Below the pieces are notes generated by a model. It saw only the letters and a list, made by a program, of their open reading frames with translations. It ran no database searches and was not told the DNA's origin. The position numbers were made by a program, and so were the translations under genes. Below are positions 24,328 to 38,429 of a stretch of 64,000 bases of DNA, piece by piece (position 1 is the stretch's first letter; each line of letters begins with the position of its first letter). This stretch comes from Felis catus (Eukaryota): NCBI RefSeq assembly GCF_018350175.1, contig NC_058369.1:152520001-152584000 (forward strand), in the 5' to 3' direction.

Positions 24328-26376
24328 CTAAGGGTGAAGGAAAGAGAAAAGTCTAAAATAACATATTTGATTTTTCTAGATTGGCAAAATGTGTTTCTTA
24401 TGGTTAAAAACGTATCTCAGAAATGTAAGTAGTGTTTTGGACATTTCATTATCCAAAATTCTCCTTAAACCTTCCTTGTGACCCAGTCTCTTTATTTCTG
24501 CAGTTGTCCTTCCCTTCCTTGCATGATCTGTGCTGTCCCTGGCCACCTGGCCAGCCTTCCTTTTGTCTTGGTGGCCCAGGTATGGAGGGTAATGTCATGG
24601 AAACGGTGGATTGGCAGGACCAGGAGGGGGCTCACAGCCAGCTAATCATCAATGCCTGCATTTTCAATAGTCAATGTACCACCAGAGAGTAATTTAAAAA
24701 TCATGATTCTGGACGCTTACCCCCTTTCCCTCCTGAATGCATGGGGCTTAGTCTTTCTGTCAGTTTGCAATGGTTCCCTATTCAAGAGACTCCCTTCCGG
24801 AGGTGCTGCCACCTGCTGGCTGGCCACCACCAGAACTAAATAGGCATAAAATGTTTAAAAAACAAAAACAAAAAAGCTCCTAGAAGGTTTACAGCTTAAA
24901 AATCCAACTGATCTTAAAGATGGCCCGTGTAAACATGATAATAACAGGGCTTCAGGAAACAGGAAAAGCTCTTATGTGCCTTAAACACCCTATATATTTA
25001 GGAGGTGGTAAATGTTATACAAGGACTTTGATGGATAGAACTTCCCCCCTCAGGTATAACTGTAAGATTCCTGCAGTACTGAAAAACAGCCTCCTTCCCC
25101 AAACTTAAAAAAATGTATTGCCTATTTCTAATTTTAAAAGTATGGTGACACTATTAAATCTATAACATAACAAAAAAACACCCTTCAAAATTTTGAATTA
25201 ACCAACTAGAGACTGGCAAGCACATGATATGGCAGTGGTGTTCACTGAAGATTTTCTAAACTCTTTCACTCACTGACTTTTTAAAGCCTCATCATCAATA
25301 AAGGTCTGAAAGCGCACAACAGGAGGGCATTAAAAATTAACAATAGAGAAATAAAATACATTTAAAATGTATGGAAAAATCTTGAGGAACTCACAAAGTA
25401 GTAGAGAAGACATGCAGACACACAAAAAATAATAACTGTAATAGGGTATATAAAAGTATGAGCTTAGTCATTTGAAAACTACAGGACAGAGGGACTAATT
25501 TTAGGCTCTCCATAAGATATGAAGCCCCGCTGGCTCTTTTAGTTAGAGCAGCGAGGGTAGTCTAGAGATAAAGAAATCACTTGTTTCTTGGTATTACCTC
25601 CTAGACTGGCAACCTGGAGGAACAGGGTGTGGTATGAACCTCTCTAGTGGAAACCATGTCCTGCATACGTAAGTCTTGAAAGCATCCATCATCTTGTAGA
25701 ATTATGTAGGCATATGACTCAGTATGAACTCTCTCATCAGGAATGCTCATTTGCCTTCACAACCATAATGTCTGGTAGAGCCACGGTAGACATTCAGAAA
25801 AAGTTTATGAAAAGAGGGAGAAGGGCTTAGAGCATGTTCGAGCGTGAAAGAGAAAGTATGTCTTTCAGGGCTAAGTCAGCTTTCCAGGGGAGGCAAAGAA
25901 ACAAAGGTTTGGAGCAGGAGAGGGAGCATGTACTGGACCCGGGGCTTGCCTTTACCTGTTCTTTCAGAAGCTAAGCAAGACAGTCAGTAGGCAAAAGCAT
26001 GAGGAGCCCTGTAAAGTGTCCCATGTTTGGAGGAAATAATAATCTGGAGAAATACCTTGTCTCTTTTCTTTGAATATAAACAGAAACATCAGAAAAGTCA
26101 TTAGTATGGTAATCATGCATCTTTAAATGAAATGGAAGGGAAATTCAGTGAGGAGATTCCTAAAAGTAGTGATTAAAGTAATCATCCTCAGCTAGCCTAC
26201 ATAGGTTACCTACTGAAGTAAGGAGAGAATAAAGATTTCTATCACTTAAGGAGTGAGGAAGAAAATCTAGAATTTTTGCCTAGAAGTCAGTCAAATGTTG
26301 TGAAAATAAAATATAGCCGTAACTAACATGATATTATAGCCCATGTAAGAATCTTGTTCAGTGATGTTTACTCTCT

Positions 26377-26597
26377 GTTTTTAATTTTTTTAATGTTGAT
26401 CCATTTTTGAGAGGAGAGAGACAGAGTGAGAGCGGGGGAGGTGCAGAGAGAGAGGCAGACACAGAACTCAAAGCGGGCTCCAGGCTCTGAGCTGTCAGCA
26501 CAGAGCCCAACACAGGGCTTGAACTCACCGACTCATGGACTGTGAGATCATGACCGGAGCCAAAGTCGGCTGCCCAACTGACTGAGCCACCCAGGCT
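26377..26597 (-). mobile_element. SINEC_Fc
   Basis: Reverse-complement CAN-SINE ending ...actgagccacccagg. Confidence 0.93.
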
Positions 26598-27049
26598 TGA
26601 TGTTTTCTCTTAATTTCAAACGTGCCAACGTAGAGAAATAAAATCTGATCAATATCATCTATTTACTTGAATTAAGAGACACGTTTTATAGAAATGCAGG
26701 AATCCTGTTAACATCTCTGATTTCCTTCTATTATCAATGCTTGGAGTTAAACCGGTCACAAATTCAATGCACTTTGAGCAGATATTTCAAACTACAATTA
26801 GACAGTAGATATTCCAGACCTAGAATGAAGAAGGCAGAGCCGGGAAAAAGTTTTCAAAGATCTGTCATTTGTTTCTACTATAAGTATAAAATCAGCTACT
26901 TTGCATTATTCCTCTAGAAGTCAAGTAAGAGAAAGAGTGCTTTTGATTGATGTTAGCTATTAATTGGGCTTAAAAAAAAGGGCATTCTCTGCCACAATTT
27001 CATACCATGATTACTGACAATTTGCTGTCAAATTTATCCTATGAAAGGA

Positions 27050-27250
27050 GCAGTGTGCAGTAGAAAGGGGGTATGGTCATTCCCTCTTGAATTCGAATCT
27101 CAGCACCGCTTTAATCTTACGGAATTACTCACATTAGCTCTTTGGTCCTGCAAGTTACTCAATTCCTCCAATCCTTAAAGTGAAGACTATGGTATTTAGG
27201 ATGGGTTCCTTCTAGGATTTTATGAAGATTAAATGCAACGCTGTATTTAA
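27050..27250 (+). mobile_element. MIR
   Basis: agcagtgtgcagtagaaag...ttcgaatctcagcacc...gaagattaaatg. Confidence 0.6.
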
Positions 27251-28334
27251 AAATGAATAACCAAAACATCAATGTTCTTTCTCCTATACTCCCTTTACTA
27301 TCTTTAGGACAACTTTAGCTAGAAAATAAATACATATAATCATACATCTTTCAGTTTATCAGCATTAGCTGGTAGTTGCATAAGATATATTCCTGTTTTC
27401 TTAAAACTAACTTCGACTCTTTCCATAATGGGAAAAATAACTGTAGTATAAAAATATTGTAATCTGACAGTTCCATCTGGGGCTGGACATGATGGCAGAA
27501 GAAATTTAGAGAAAATTATCACCTTCATTTTACAATATTGACAACTAACTACCACTTCAGAGAAGTTTCCTTCATATTAATTAAGAGCAAGGAAGGTGGT
27601 TGTCACTTGAGCATTAGAGTCATTATCCCCAAACCTGATGATTCATCTTATTTTGGCCTTAAAGATTTTATTCGACTCCAATAAGCAACAACCAATACTC
27701 AGCCTACATAATGGAACTTGTATTGCAGGGATCAAATGGAATTTATAGGTTTTAAGCAATAAAAACCAAGCTGGTTTTTCAATTCTGACGACAGATTTAA
27801 TACTTCCTTTTCTCTTGTCCGAAATGCTACTAAATTACAGTAAATGGGTATTTTTAAAGACATAAACCAAGAAAAAAAGAGGAGAAACAGTGAGAAGATA
27901 GTAACAGATAAAGCAGATGGAAAATTGGTAAATGACCCACAGCCCCTATAGAGTCCAGTCCTAAACCATGGATGGGAATGATGAGAACCGACATGATTTT
28001 TATAGTAAAACCCCCAGGAATCTTGCAAACTGTCAGCATCACATGCCTCAAGAACTGAGGGTGGAAGGGGCAGCTAAAATAGATCACTAGATTCCACCAG
28101 CCACTCTTAGCAGGTACAATTACTTTATAGACAATGGGGACTTACTGACTATCTGCAGAATACATATCCCCAGATTTCTTCCCTCACTAGGCTCTCCAAA
28201 GCTAGTAGCCAGAACCCTGCCTTTTTGGAAAGAGATCTGAAGCCTCCTCTTGGGGAATCCTCAAAGAGTTAAAATAAAATATTCCATCTATGAAATATAA
28301 ACAGATTATATTAAAAGAAGATAAAGAATAGGAG

Positions 28335-28560
28335 GGGGGCGCCTGAGAGGCTCAGTCGGTTAAGCCTCCGACTTCGGCTCAGGTCATTATCTCGCGGTCC
28401 GTGAGTTCAGGCCCCGCGTCGGGCTCTGTGCTGACCGCTCAGAGCCTAGAGCCTGTTTCGGATTCTGTGTCTTCCTCTCTCCCTGTGCCTCTCCCCCACT
28501 CATGCTTTGTCTCTCCCTCAAAAATAAATAAACATTTTTTAAAAAACTATTTAAAAATAA
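28335..28560 (+). mobile_element. SINEC_Fc
   Basis: Full head, CT region and tail. Confidence 0.94.
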
Positions 28561-28957
28561 AATAAGTAATAGGAGGAAGAAAAAGGAGAAGGAACACCAT
28601 TCAGAAAACAAAAAAAAATTCTTGAAAATAAAAAATTGATAGAATAAATACAGTTTAATAGAAATAATAGAAGACAAAGTTGAGGAAATTGCCATAAAAG
28701 TAGAGCAAAAATACAAGGAGGCATAAAATACAAGAGAAATGCTAAGAAAAATAAGACTCAGCCAAGTGGCTGAACATTCAAATAATAGGAATTTCAAAAA
28801 ACCAGAGAAAAGAGAAAGGAATAATTACCAGAAATAAACCAAATAAAAAATTTTTCTTAGACTGAAGAACATTAGCTTCAAACTAAAGTGGCCCGACAGG
28901 TGCCCAGCATGATGATAATAAAACAAGAGAAAGACATTGTATTTTAAAATTTAACAA

Positions 28958-29205
28958 GGGGCGCCTGGGTGGCTCAGTCGGTTAAGCGGCTGACTTCGGC
29001 TCAGGTCACGATCTCGCGGTCCGTGAGTTCGAGCCCCGCGTCGGGCTCTGGGCTGATGATGGCCCAGAGCCTGGAGCCTGTTTCCGATTCTGTGTCTCCC
29101 TCTCTCTCTGACCCTCCCCCGTTCATGCTCTGTCTCTCTCTGTCTCAAAAATAAATAAACGTTAAAAAAAAAATAAAAAAAAAATAAAATAAAATAAAAT
29201 AAAAT
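28958..29205 (+). mobile_element. Young SINEC_Fc with TSD taaaatttaacaa
   Basis: CpGs intact, long (aaaat)n tail, perfect TSD. Confidence 0.96.
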
Positions 29206-29666
29206 TTAACAATATTGGGGACAAAGAAGTATCTATGACTTTCCAGAGGGGAATAACTAGATTCCAGAGAGGAAAAACTGATATAAAGGATCAGGGATTA
29301 GATGGTCTTAAACTATACAGGCCACTGCATGGTCGGGCAGGCAATGAAACAATGCCTTCAGCGTTCTAGACTTTTACACATGATCCATGCTATCAAACAA
29401 CTGCAAGGATGAATGAAAGACACATTCTCTTTCAAGGAGCTATTGCAATACTTCCTCTAACAACAGTTTGAGTTTGCAAAAGATTGAGGAATGCATGTAA
29501 CGTAACACATGGGGAACACAACACAGAAGAGGAACCAAAGTAAATCTCCTAGGTGGGGCTAGACAAGCCCAGGGTGACAAATCCGTCGGGCCGCCAAACA
29601 ATATATACTGGAGCACTGTGACTCACAAGACTGCTATGTGGACAGCTATCATCATTGAAATTTTCA

Positions 29667-29880
29667 GGGGCGCCTGGGTGGCTCAGTAGGTTACGCGTCT
29701 GACTTCAGCTCAGGTCATGATCTCGCACTCCATGGGTTCGAGCCCTGCATTGGGCTCTGTGCTGATGGCTCAGAGCCTGGAGCCTGCTTCGGATTCTGTG
29801 TCTCCTTCTCTCTCTCTCTGCCCCTCCCCTGCTCATGCTCTGTCTCAGTCTCTCAAAAATAAATAAACTTAAAAAAAAAT
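29667..29880 (+). mobile_element. SINEC_Fc
   Basis: Full head, CT region and tail. Confidence 0.94.
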
Positions 29881-29947
29881 TTCATCATCCTTGGAGTTAG
29901 TTTTCAATGCAAGGGTAGAGCCCAGGCGAGTCTGAACCAGTTTCTTT

Positions 29948-29981
29948 TATATATATATGTATGTACACATACATATACACA

Positions 29982-30020
<39 letters not shown>
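29948..30020. repeat. Compound (TA)n/(AC)18 microsatellite
   Basis: Read directly. Confidence 0.95.
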
Positions 30021-30025
<5 letters not shown>

Positions 30026-30884
30026 ACACCGTATCACCCAAGATATACTCTACCTTAACCTGCTTTTGAGAGCAAGAGTTAAGTTATGGTGGAGCAGAAG
30101 AATTCAAAGTTCATTCCCTCTAACCATATTTCTGCTTGATATCTAGAATGCACCCTAACACCCTCACCAATGTTTCTCAGAATTCAATCATTAACTTGTC
30201 CCCTAAATCCTCTTACAATGGGCTCATGTGCACTCTCACTCTCAGAGAAGCTGAAGACACACAGTGATGCAGAGACTCCTTCCATCTCTCCTAAGAGTCT
30301 TCATCTAAAAGTGAAATCATCATCTTTTCCGTACATGGTGAAGTTTAAGTTGGTCAGCCAGTCTATCTCTATCTCTATTTATTACGGTGTAATTCCTGTT
30401 AGAACAGAATTGCGGCTGAATGGGGCTGTTAACCTATTCAAAACACAAACAAAACTATCTCCAATGGGATCATTAAAAGAAGGTATGAGACCTTAGAGAA
30501 AAGCTTCTCAGAAAACGGACAGATTTGCAAAGATTGAGTTATAAGTCCTAAATATATACATAAAAATATTAGAATTGCAGAGTCTTGAGGTTAAATAAAA
30601 AGACAGTCATGTCCTGAAAAGAATAAATCAGTGTCAAAAATTCATAAAATAGGGAAGCATTATGAATAATATGGGAAATCATCAAAAACATAGATAATGT
30701 TAAAATGCATTTATTTTATGTTAATGCTATTCAGAAATACCCTTTTTAAAACCTGACATTTCCTTAAGCATCAATTTTAGACTTATTGACATAATCTATA
30801 CAGTTTATGTCCAAAGCTCACTCTCTTTCTAATCAACTTATACACAGCTTTAGAAACCAATAGTCTGAAAAAGAATCTGTTCCC

Positions 30885-32145
30885 TAGAAAATAACACCAG
30901 AGAAAATCTAGGCAAGATTGGGTTTGGCAAAGACGGTTTAGATACAACACCAAAAGCATGATCCACGAAAGAGAAAAGTGGTAAGTTGGAATTCATTCAA
31001 TTAAAACATCTACTCTGTCAAAGATATTTTTAAAAAAATGAAAAGACCAAACAGATTGGGGGGGGGGGAACCTTTGCAAAACACATATCTGATAAAAGAC
31101 TGGTATTCAAAATATGCAAAGAATTCTTAAAGCAGTAACAGTCAATTAAAAACTAAGGTAAGATCTGAACAGACATCTTACCAAAGAAGACAAATAAATG
31201 GCAAGTAAGCACATGAAAAAGGTGCTCAACATCATATGCCATTAGGGAACTGTAAATTAAAACAATGGGATACTGTTATAGATCTATTAGAATAGCTAAA
31301 ATTGAAAACAAAAAAAAAATCCGACACCACCAAATGCTAGGGAGAATGTGGAGCGACAGGAACTTTCATTCATCACAGATGGGAATGCAACATGGTGCAC
31401 CCACTTTGGAAGACAGCTTGGCAGTTTCTTACAAAACTAAACAAATTCTTACCAGCTGAAAATTATGTCCCCACAAAAATTTGCACATGAATGTTTACAG
31501 CAGCTTTATTCATAATTGCCAAAACTTGTAAGCAACAAACATGCCCTTCAGTTGGTGAATGAATGAACAAACTCATTAGCATACAATGGGATGTCATTCA
31601 GCAACAAAGAGAAATGAATTTTCAAGCCACAAAAGACAATGGAGGAAGCTTAAAGGCAGACCGCTAAGTAAAAGAAGTTCGTCTGAAAAGGTCACACCCT
31701 TCATGATTCCAACTATATGGTATTCTGGACAAGGTAAAACTATGGAGAGTTTAAAAAAAAATAGTGGTTGCTAAGGGTTACAGATAAGGGATGGTTAATA
31801 GGTACAGCCCAGGGGTTACTCAGTGTAGTGAAACTACTCTGAATGATACTGTCCTGGTGAATATGCGTCACACATCTGTGAAAACCCATAAAACTATAGT
31901 ATAGATCACAAGCACGAATCCTAATGCGGAGTATGGACTTTAGTTAGTACTAATGCGTTAACACTGGCTCATCGATTCTAACAAGAAATGCACCATACTA
32001 AAGCAAGATGTTAATAATAGGAGAGACTGGGGGGCGGGGGTGGAGGGTGTACGGTGAGGGGATATATGGAACTGTGTACTTTCCACTTGATCTTTTTGTA
32101 AATGTAAAAGTGTTCTAAAAAATAAAGTCTATTAATTAAAAAAAT
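30885..32145 (+). mobile_element. L1MC-type LINE-1 3' end (ORF2 tail plus 3'UTR), antisense to DGKI
   Basis: ttagatacaacaccaaaagcatga...gtgctcaacatcat...cagctttattcataattgccaaaac...aaaaataaagtctattaatt. Confidence 0.88.
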
Positions 32146-33099
32146 AGAAACACAAGAGAAAAGAAAAAATAGGCTCTGAGTTTCCTATATATAGATACTT
32201 TGCTCATATCAGAGAATCCACTTACATAAAGAAAAACAAATAATATCTATTTTCTTGGCCATAGTTTTAACACTATTCAAGAAGTCACAAGATGATGATG
32301 GGAAGAAGGGACTAGAAGTAAAAATCAAGGAGGAAGGCAGGGGACTCTAGAGAAAGGAAGCAAAGCCCTAAGGGAGGATGGGAGGGGATGAGTGGAATCT
32401 TCCTGTGGTTCTCATTAGTTTTGAATGTGTCAGGGTTATCAGGGAACTAAAGTTCGAACTTGATGGCTGACAATAATTAAAGAGAATGAGTTGGCAATGT
32501 TTCAATTCAATTTTTCTCCCTAGGTGCCACAGGTCTGTTTTTACAACAACTTGTCGTCATTAACTGCCACAGCTCAAATGGAACCAACAGGGGAAATTAA
32601 TAGGCATATTAGCATTCAAAAGGAAACACAAGATCCTAAGAACTTCATACTTCACCATGGCAGAGCTGGCCTCTGTAAAAGGTTTCATGACACCTGGTTC
32701 GTGTGATTAACAGTGATCCTAGAGTTTGGACTCTGTAGCTTGAGCTTAACCTTTCCACAGTTAGTTCCAAGTGTCATCCACAAGATAGAAGTAAACTATG
32801 TAGTTTTTACTGCATTCTATGTGAGGACAGTATTTTCAAGGTGTGCTTTCTACAAAGTAGCAGTTTCTCTACAAATCTGGGTTTCAAACCACAGATCCCA
32901 ATTCTGCTTCTTATCCCAATTATAAACTACCTGAGAAGGCAACCCAAGGGACATCCAACTCACTTTTTAAAAAGTCCTCTTAAATGTTTTGTCGTTCATA
33001 ATCTCACATAACAACTCCTAGTATTCACTTTCACTTAACTAGGCAATTGTGTAACAGATAGCGTATGAAAATATTTTTCAGGCCTACAAGTCCTCCACT

Positions 33100-34330
33100 T
33101 AATCATTCAGCACACAAGCTTTAAGGATTTTCTTCTTCCAGAGACAACTGGTGCTAGGAGGTGAGAAGCAACACTAAGACTCAGTACCTGCCCTCAAGGT
33201 GTTACAGACCGGGAAAGGAAGAGGGACATTAAATACATCCTCTCCCTTATAGACCTTGTGACTTCAATTCTGACCAATGAGAATCTAGTGTGCATAGGAC
33301 GCAGAGAAGCTGCCCATTTCTTAGGACAGGACGCACTTCACAAAAAGTTACCCCAAATGAAGACAGTAAGGGAGTTTAGCAACAGAGACAAGAATTTCTC
33401 AGGCACAGGAAAGTCTCAGTCTTAGACCATCCTTAGATCTAAGAAACCAAGGCATGAAAATGTTTAGGACTTACAAAAATAAGTGGGTAAAGAGTACAAG
33501 GAGGTGAGGTCAAGGCCAGAAGCTTGTGGGGGTTTTTTATACTAAGGAGTGGAGCCTTATTCTCAAAAGGATGGGCAGACATTATAGGGTTTCCAACAGA
33601 TGGTAAAGGTTTCAGATTTACATCAACCTAGAAGGCCTTAATGTGACCCCTGGCTTGACTATACTTGACACAGTGCCTGACCTCTCAGTTCTTATTTAGA
33701 AGACTTTCTATTGTAAATTATTTCTCTGTCTTTTTAAGATGTCAATCTTCTCCCAGCCTCTCAGACTTTTGCAACCCTAGAATGTCTTTCTCAAAGATCT
33801 GGGAGGCATCTTTCTGATGCCTTCAAGGAAGATTGTGTCCTGCTTTTCGAGGCTCCATGGGTGGGTAGGAGCCTAACCAAGTGCTGCTAATCAGCAGCAA
33901 GCACAGATGGCCTGATCACACTGACTAGCCTCCTGCTAATATCCTCTGCTACTTTTCTACCCACTCACCCCAGGGCTTAAAAATTCCCCGCCTTTTGTCA
34001 CAACAGAGTTGACTCTTGGTTCTCTATTGCAATACTCTTGAATAAATCCTTCCTCCCCTGTTTAATTGTTCCAGGGCAATTTTTCTTTGACGTTTTAGAA
34101 AAATCATTGGAGGAGATGTGGAAGACAAGGTGAGTGGCAGGAAGGTGAGTTAGGAAGAGCTTTAGCATTCAAGGAGAAGAGCAATGGTGAAGCCCAGAAG
34201 CGAAGACTGTGGGAGAGAGACATGTGGGAGAGAGATTAAAGTCAAGCAGTCAACTCTGTGAACAATTGGAGAGTGAAAAGGAAAAGACACAAGGGAGACT
34301 CAAGGTTGTTTAGAGTGGCCATGGCAGCTA
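33100..34330 (-). mobile_element. L2 fragment (reverse) split by an LTR
   Basis: cattcagcaca...cctgccctcaagg...; purine-rich L2 body resumes after 34092. Confidence 0.55.
33640..34092 (+). mobile_element. MER31-like ERV1 solo LTR
   Basis: gaatgtctttctcaaagatctggga...gggtaggagcctaac...ctctattgcaata...ttgaataaatccttcct...aatttttctttgac. Confidence 0.7.
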
Positions 34331-34634
34331 TAACCTCCTTGTAACCTCCCTAATGCCACAGTGGACTGGTGCCTGTTGAGCTCGTGAGAGAGTGGAGGAA
34401 ACAGATGGTGAGATGAAGGGTCAGGGAGGGCTGGGAGGAGGGACATTAAGAGAGAAAGAGAGGGAGATTTGGGTGGTTGGGTTATGAAAACAACATAAAA
34501 GTGTCTTTTGTAATGATGGATGACAAAGACCACTTATAAATGCCTCAAAGGCAGTTGATAACACCTAAACTATCTGAAAGGGGTTTCTGAGTTAGCATGT
34601 TGTTACTGGCAGAATTCTTAAGAATATTCTCAAG

Positions 34635-35092
34635 ACCTGGGTAGTTCAGTCGGTTAAGCATCAGACTTCAGCTCGAGTCATGATCTCGCAGTTTGTGAGT
34701 TCGAGCCCCGCATGGGGCTCTGTGCTGACAGCCCAGAGCCTGGAGCCTGCTTCAGGTTCTGTGTCTCCCTCTCTTTCTGCCCCTCCCCCATTCACGCTCT
34801 CTTTCTCTGTTTTTCTCTCTCTCAAAAATAAATAAGCACTGGGGCACCTGGGTGGCTCTGTCAGTTAAGCATCTGACTTCGGCTCAGGTCACGATCTCGC
34901 GGTCTGTGAGTTCGAGCCCCGCATCAGGCTCTGTGCTGACAGCTCAGAGCCCGGAGCCTGCTTCAGATTCTGTGTCTCCCTCTCTTTCTGCCCCTCCCCC
35001 ACTCATGCTCTGTCTCTCTCTCTCTCTCTCAAAACTAAATAAACATGACAAATAAATAAATAAATAAATAAGCATTAAAGTTTTTTTTAGAC
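34635..35092 (+). mobile_element. Two nested SINEC_Fc copies (second at 34841-35075 inside the tail of the first)
   Basis: Outer TSD aatattctcaag (34623, 35093); inner TSD aaataaataagca. Confidence 0.93.
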
Positions 35093-37089
35093 AATATTCT
35101 CAAGCCTGGAGAACCAAGAATAGAGGAAGGAAGGAGGAAGAAAGACCACGTCCTAACCCCCAGACATCCATCCAAAGCCCGTACTACAGTCCCTCAGGAA
35201 ATCAGAATTAGGCAGCAATAGATCCTTTTCTTTTCCTCTTTGTAATCACCAGCATACAGGCATAATCAATGGAAAAGCAGAAGAAAGAGAAATCCAGAAA
35301 AAAAAAAAGTTACAACAGTCTTCTGAACAAAAATAGAAGTCAGATGGAGAATGCAACCCAATAATGGCTAATCTGTTTAAAATTGCATAAGTTTTCTTTT
35401 TCCCTACTTCTGATGAATTTGGCTCTTGTATTACCAGTGATAATCTAGGGGAAAGTATGGGCAAAGGCCCAATACTCTTACTATAATACAAACCAAAGGT
35501 CCAGATGAAACAATTTTATGAAATGTCATAATCTTCCAACTTAATATCGAAATTTACCAACAATGATGTAAATTTCTATTTTTGATGGTAAGAACTCCAT
35601 TTCAATGAAAATTCCTAATATCACACACAATGAAATTCTAGTGAAATTCTGCAACGACAAAATGTGTTATAAAATCCCTTGGGAGTTATTCCCAGTGTGA
35701 AATGTAATAGCAGCTTTTAATGGTGAGTTCTAGAATATACTTGATGATGCACACTAGAAAACAACATAATTTTTTCCCAGGTACATTTATCCGTAAGGTA
35801 GTATTTGCAAAATTCCTAGCTACAGAGAAGAACCATCACGGATAACTGATGAGAGCCAGTGCTCTAGTATTTAGGAGCTAACAAATACTTGGTTATGACA
35901 GTGGAATCTTGGTTACGTGGCCCGGCCAGCCATATAAATACAGAAGTCAAATGAAACATTAAGTATCCAAAAGCAAAGATTACTAACTGTTCCAAAACTT
36001 AAATACTCAAAATTATAGTTAGCGACACAACTTCAAATGTTTTCACATTTTTTTTTTTTTTTTGCATGTCATACTGTCCATTGTACTGTATGGTGATGGG
36101 CAAGGTCACCAACAGTTAGATACTGAGGACGCATTCAGTCATGCAGCTGTGAATTTGAGTTCATTGGATACATGTGCAGAATTAATGACAGATTTCCTAA
36201 AATCTTCTGAAGAGGCCTAAATCTCTTTCTGGAAGCAAAAAGAATAAACTAATTACAAGCAGACAGCCACTAACGGAGAGATGTGAAATAGGGCAGATTT
36301 AAGCAAACACATCCTTAGAATCTGACAACCCAGGAGACTCTCTAATTCTATTTATCAGTGACTCCCAAATAGTGCCATGGATCAGTCATTCAGGAAACCC
36401 ACTAAGTATTATTAAAAAAGAGTGCTTTCCCCAGGATGAACTATGAAAAGCCTACATCTTTTACCTAATGTTAGTAGCACATACAATTGTCGTTCTGAGT
36501 CAATCTGCAAAGAGGTTATTTTCACATTAGCACACATTTCTGCCCTTAGGTCTATTCAGTTCAATAGTTTTACCAATAAACTGGAAGAATACAGAGAAGA
36601 AATGTCCATCTTGCTGAAGATCAAACTCTGGAGTTAATTCTGACTCCAGTGTTAGGCTAGAAATAGCCTGAAATTTAGATTGCCTTGCATTTCAGTTTCC
36701 AATTTTAATCACTCAAATTCCAAGTGGAGAATATTTAGCTTAATAATAGTTCATGTCAAAAAAGAACCGTTAAGAAAAGGTCATCATTAACATTTTGTGG
36801 GTTTTTTTTTTTAACCAAATTCTGACACATCAAAAGAAGGTAACTTATATTCCAATTCCCTGAATTTGGAATGGTAGGGTCAAAAAATACAAAGAAAACT
36901 TTGGAGGCTAGTGGTCGTATGAGTCTAATCCCTAGCACCTAGAACAGCGCTTGGTACATGGTAGGTATTCGGTAAATAGTTGTTAATGAAGAAGTGAATG
37001 AATGGACTCAAGGATTTCTAGCATGTAGGTGGTTCCTTCCTGGCCTTAGCTTAAAAATCAGGAGCTCAGTTACATAAACGAGATGAGGC

Positions 37090-37462
37090 TTTCGGAAGTG
37101 AAGTGCCCCACCCGGATCCACGATGGGACTGAGGCGCTCGTTCCCTCAGCTGCTGAAGTGTTGGCTGTTGGCTCTACTCATAGCTCACGGCTGAGTTCCT
37201 CTCCAGGAAGGAAGCTACCCTACTCAGGGTTTGCTTCCTCCCAAGGAAACAATCCTTGTTTCAACGGGGACAATCCTAAATGGCCATCCCAGATGCAAAC
37301 GTCCCTCTGGCAACTATTACAGCTCAACTTCCTCCTCGGCCTGACGCTACTTTTCTCCCTTTTCACAACTGCTGTTCCCTCTTGGAGAATCCCCAATAAG
37401 CCTCATACATGTAAAACTCAAAAGCCTCAGAGTCTGTTTCTGAGGAAACCCAACCAATAACA
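37090..37462 (+). mobile_element. LTR16-like ERVL solo LTR
   Basis: cctcagctgctgaagtgttggctg...cagctcaacttcctcct...ccccaataag...ctcagagtctgtttctgaggaaacccaacc. Confidence 0.7.
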
Positions 37463-37501
37463 AAAACTATAACCCCAAACTCTTTTTTAAAACACATTTC
37501 T

Positions 37502-37709
37502 AGGGGCGCCTGGGTGGCTCAGTTGGTTAAGGGTCTGACTTCGGCTCAGGTCATGATCTCACTGTTCATGGGTTCGAGCCCTGCATCGGGCTCTCTGCTG
37601 TGAGCATGGAGCCTGCTTCAGATCCTCTGTCCCCCCTCTGTCTCTGCTCCTCCCCTGCTTGTGCTCTCTCGTCTCTCTCAAAAAAAAATAAACTTAAAAA
37701 AAAAAAAAA
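37502..37709 (+). mobile_element. SINEC_Fc
   Basis: Full head, CT region and tail. Confidence 0.94.
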
Positions 37710-38429
37710 GGACAGTGTACTGGATTAGAAGAGACATGTAAATTCAAATCCTGTCACGGTGTGATGAATCAAAGTGTCCCCATGAAAACACAGGCACACA
37801 GCACATAGAGAAACCCTCTGTAAACCATGATGCAGCGGGCAAACACTAGGTGTTATTATTATTAAATATGATGCCATGACTGCAGCGGCTGATCCCACAC
37901 CACTCACATGTTAACATGAGGATTAAAAAGCAAACATTTTATACAAAGCTCTTAGAAGGAAGTCTTTAAAGAGAAGCCTACCTGCCATCTGAGCTGATAC
38001 CCTAGAGTTGTCCACCCAGGAAGGTCCCAACAAACTAGGATGCTGTATAAGCAGTAAGAACTGGTCATTATTTTGTGCGTGTGCACAGAATAAACTAATG
38101 AAAATGAAAAATATTCCTTCGGGCGGAGACTTGAAGCTATACCTGGAGTTGACGGTTCTCATTACCAAATGCTAAGTTTCAACAATGAAAGAAGGATCAA
38201 ATAAATATCAACACTTTAGGCTTATTTCCTAGCCTGAGACTTACGGTCATCAGCATCGACCTCACCGCAGTTCTGGAAGCGTCTTTTCTTGTAAACAAAG
38301 CAAGGCTTTGGATGATAATCAGAGTTAGCTTACAAAGGGATTTATATTAAAAATAAGATTATCATCTTCATGTCTAATATTCTCCTGGCATCTGAATCTC
38401 TGGAGTTGGAAAGAAAGAGAATGCACTCA

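Larger units (their letters stand above)
28200..29620 (+). mobile_element. Ancient L1 ORF1-like (L1ME/HAL1-type) remnant interrupted by two SINEs
   Basis: A-rich decayed ORF1-like sequence (gaagacaaagttgaggaaatt...aataataggaatttc...aacaatgccttca). Confidence 0.55.

Noticed and set aside
31265-31774. ORFs inside the LINE-1 fragment
   Set aside because: Decayed, 5'-truncated old L1 with broken frames; not an active element.
37083-37460. 125-aa plus-strand ORF with a hydrophobic segment
   Set aside because: Coincides with an LTR16-like solo LTR; no splice or homology support.
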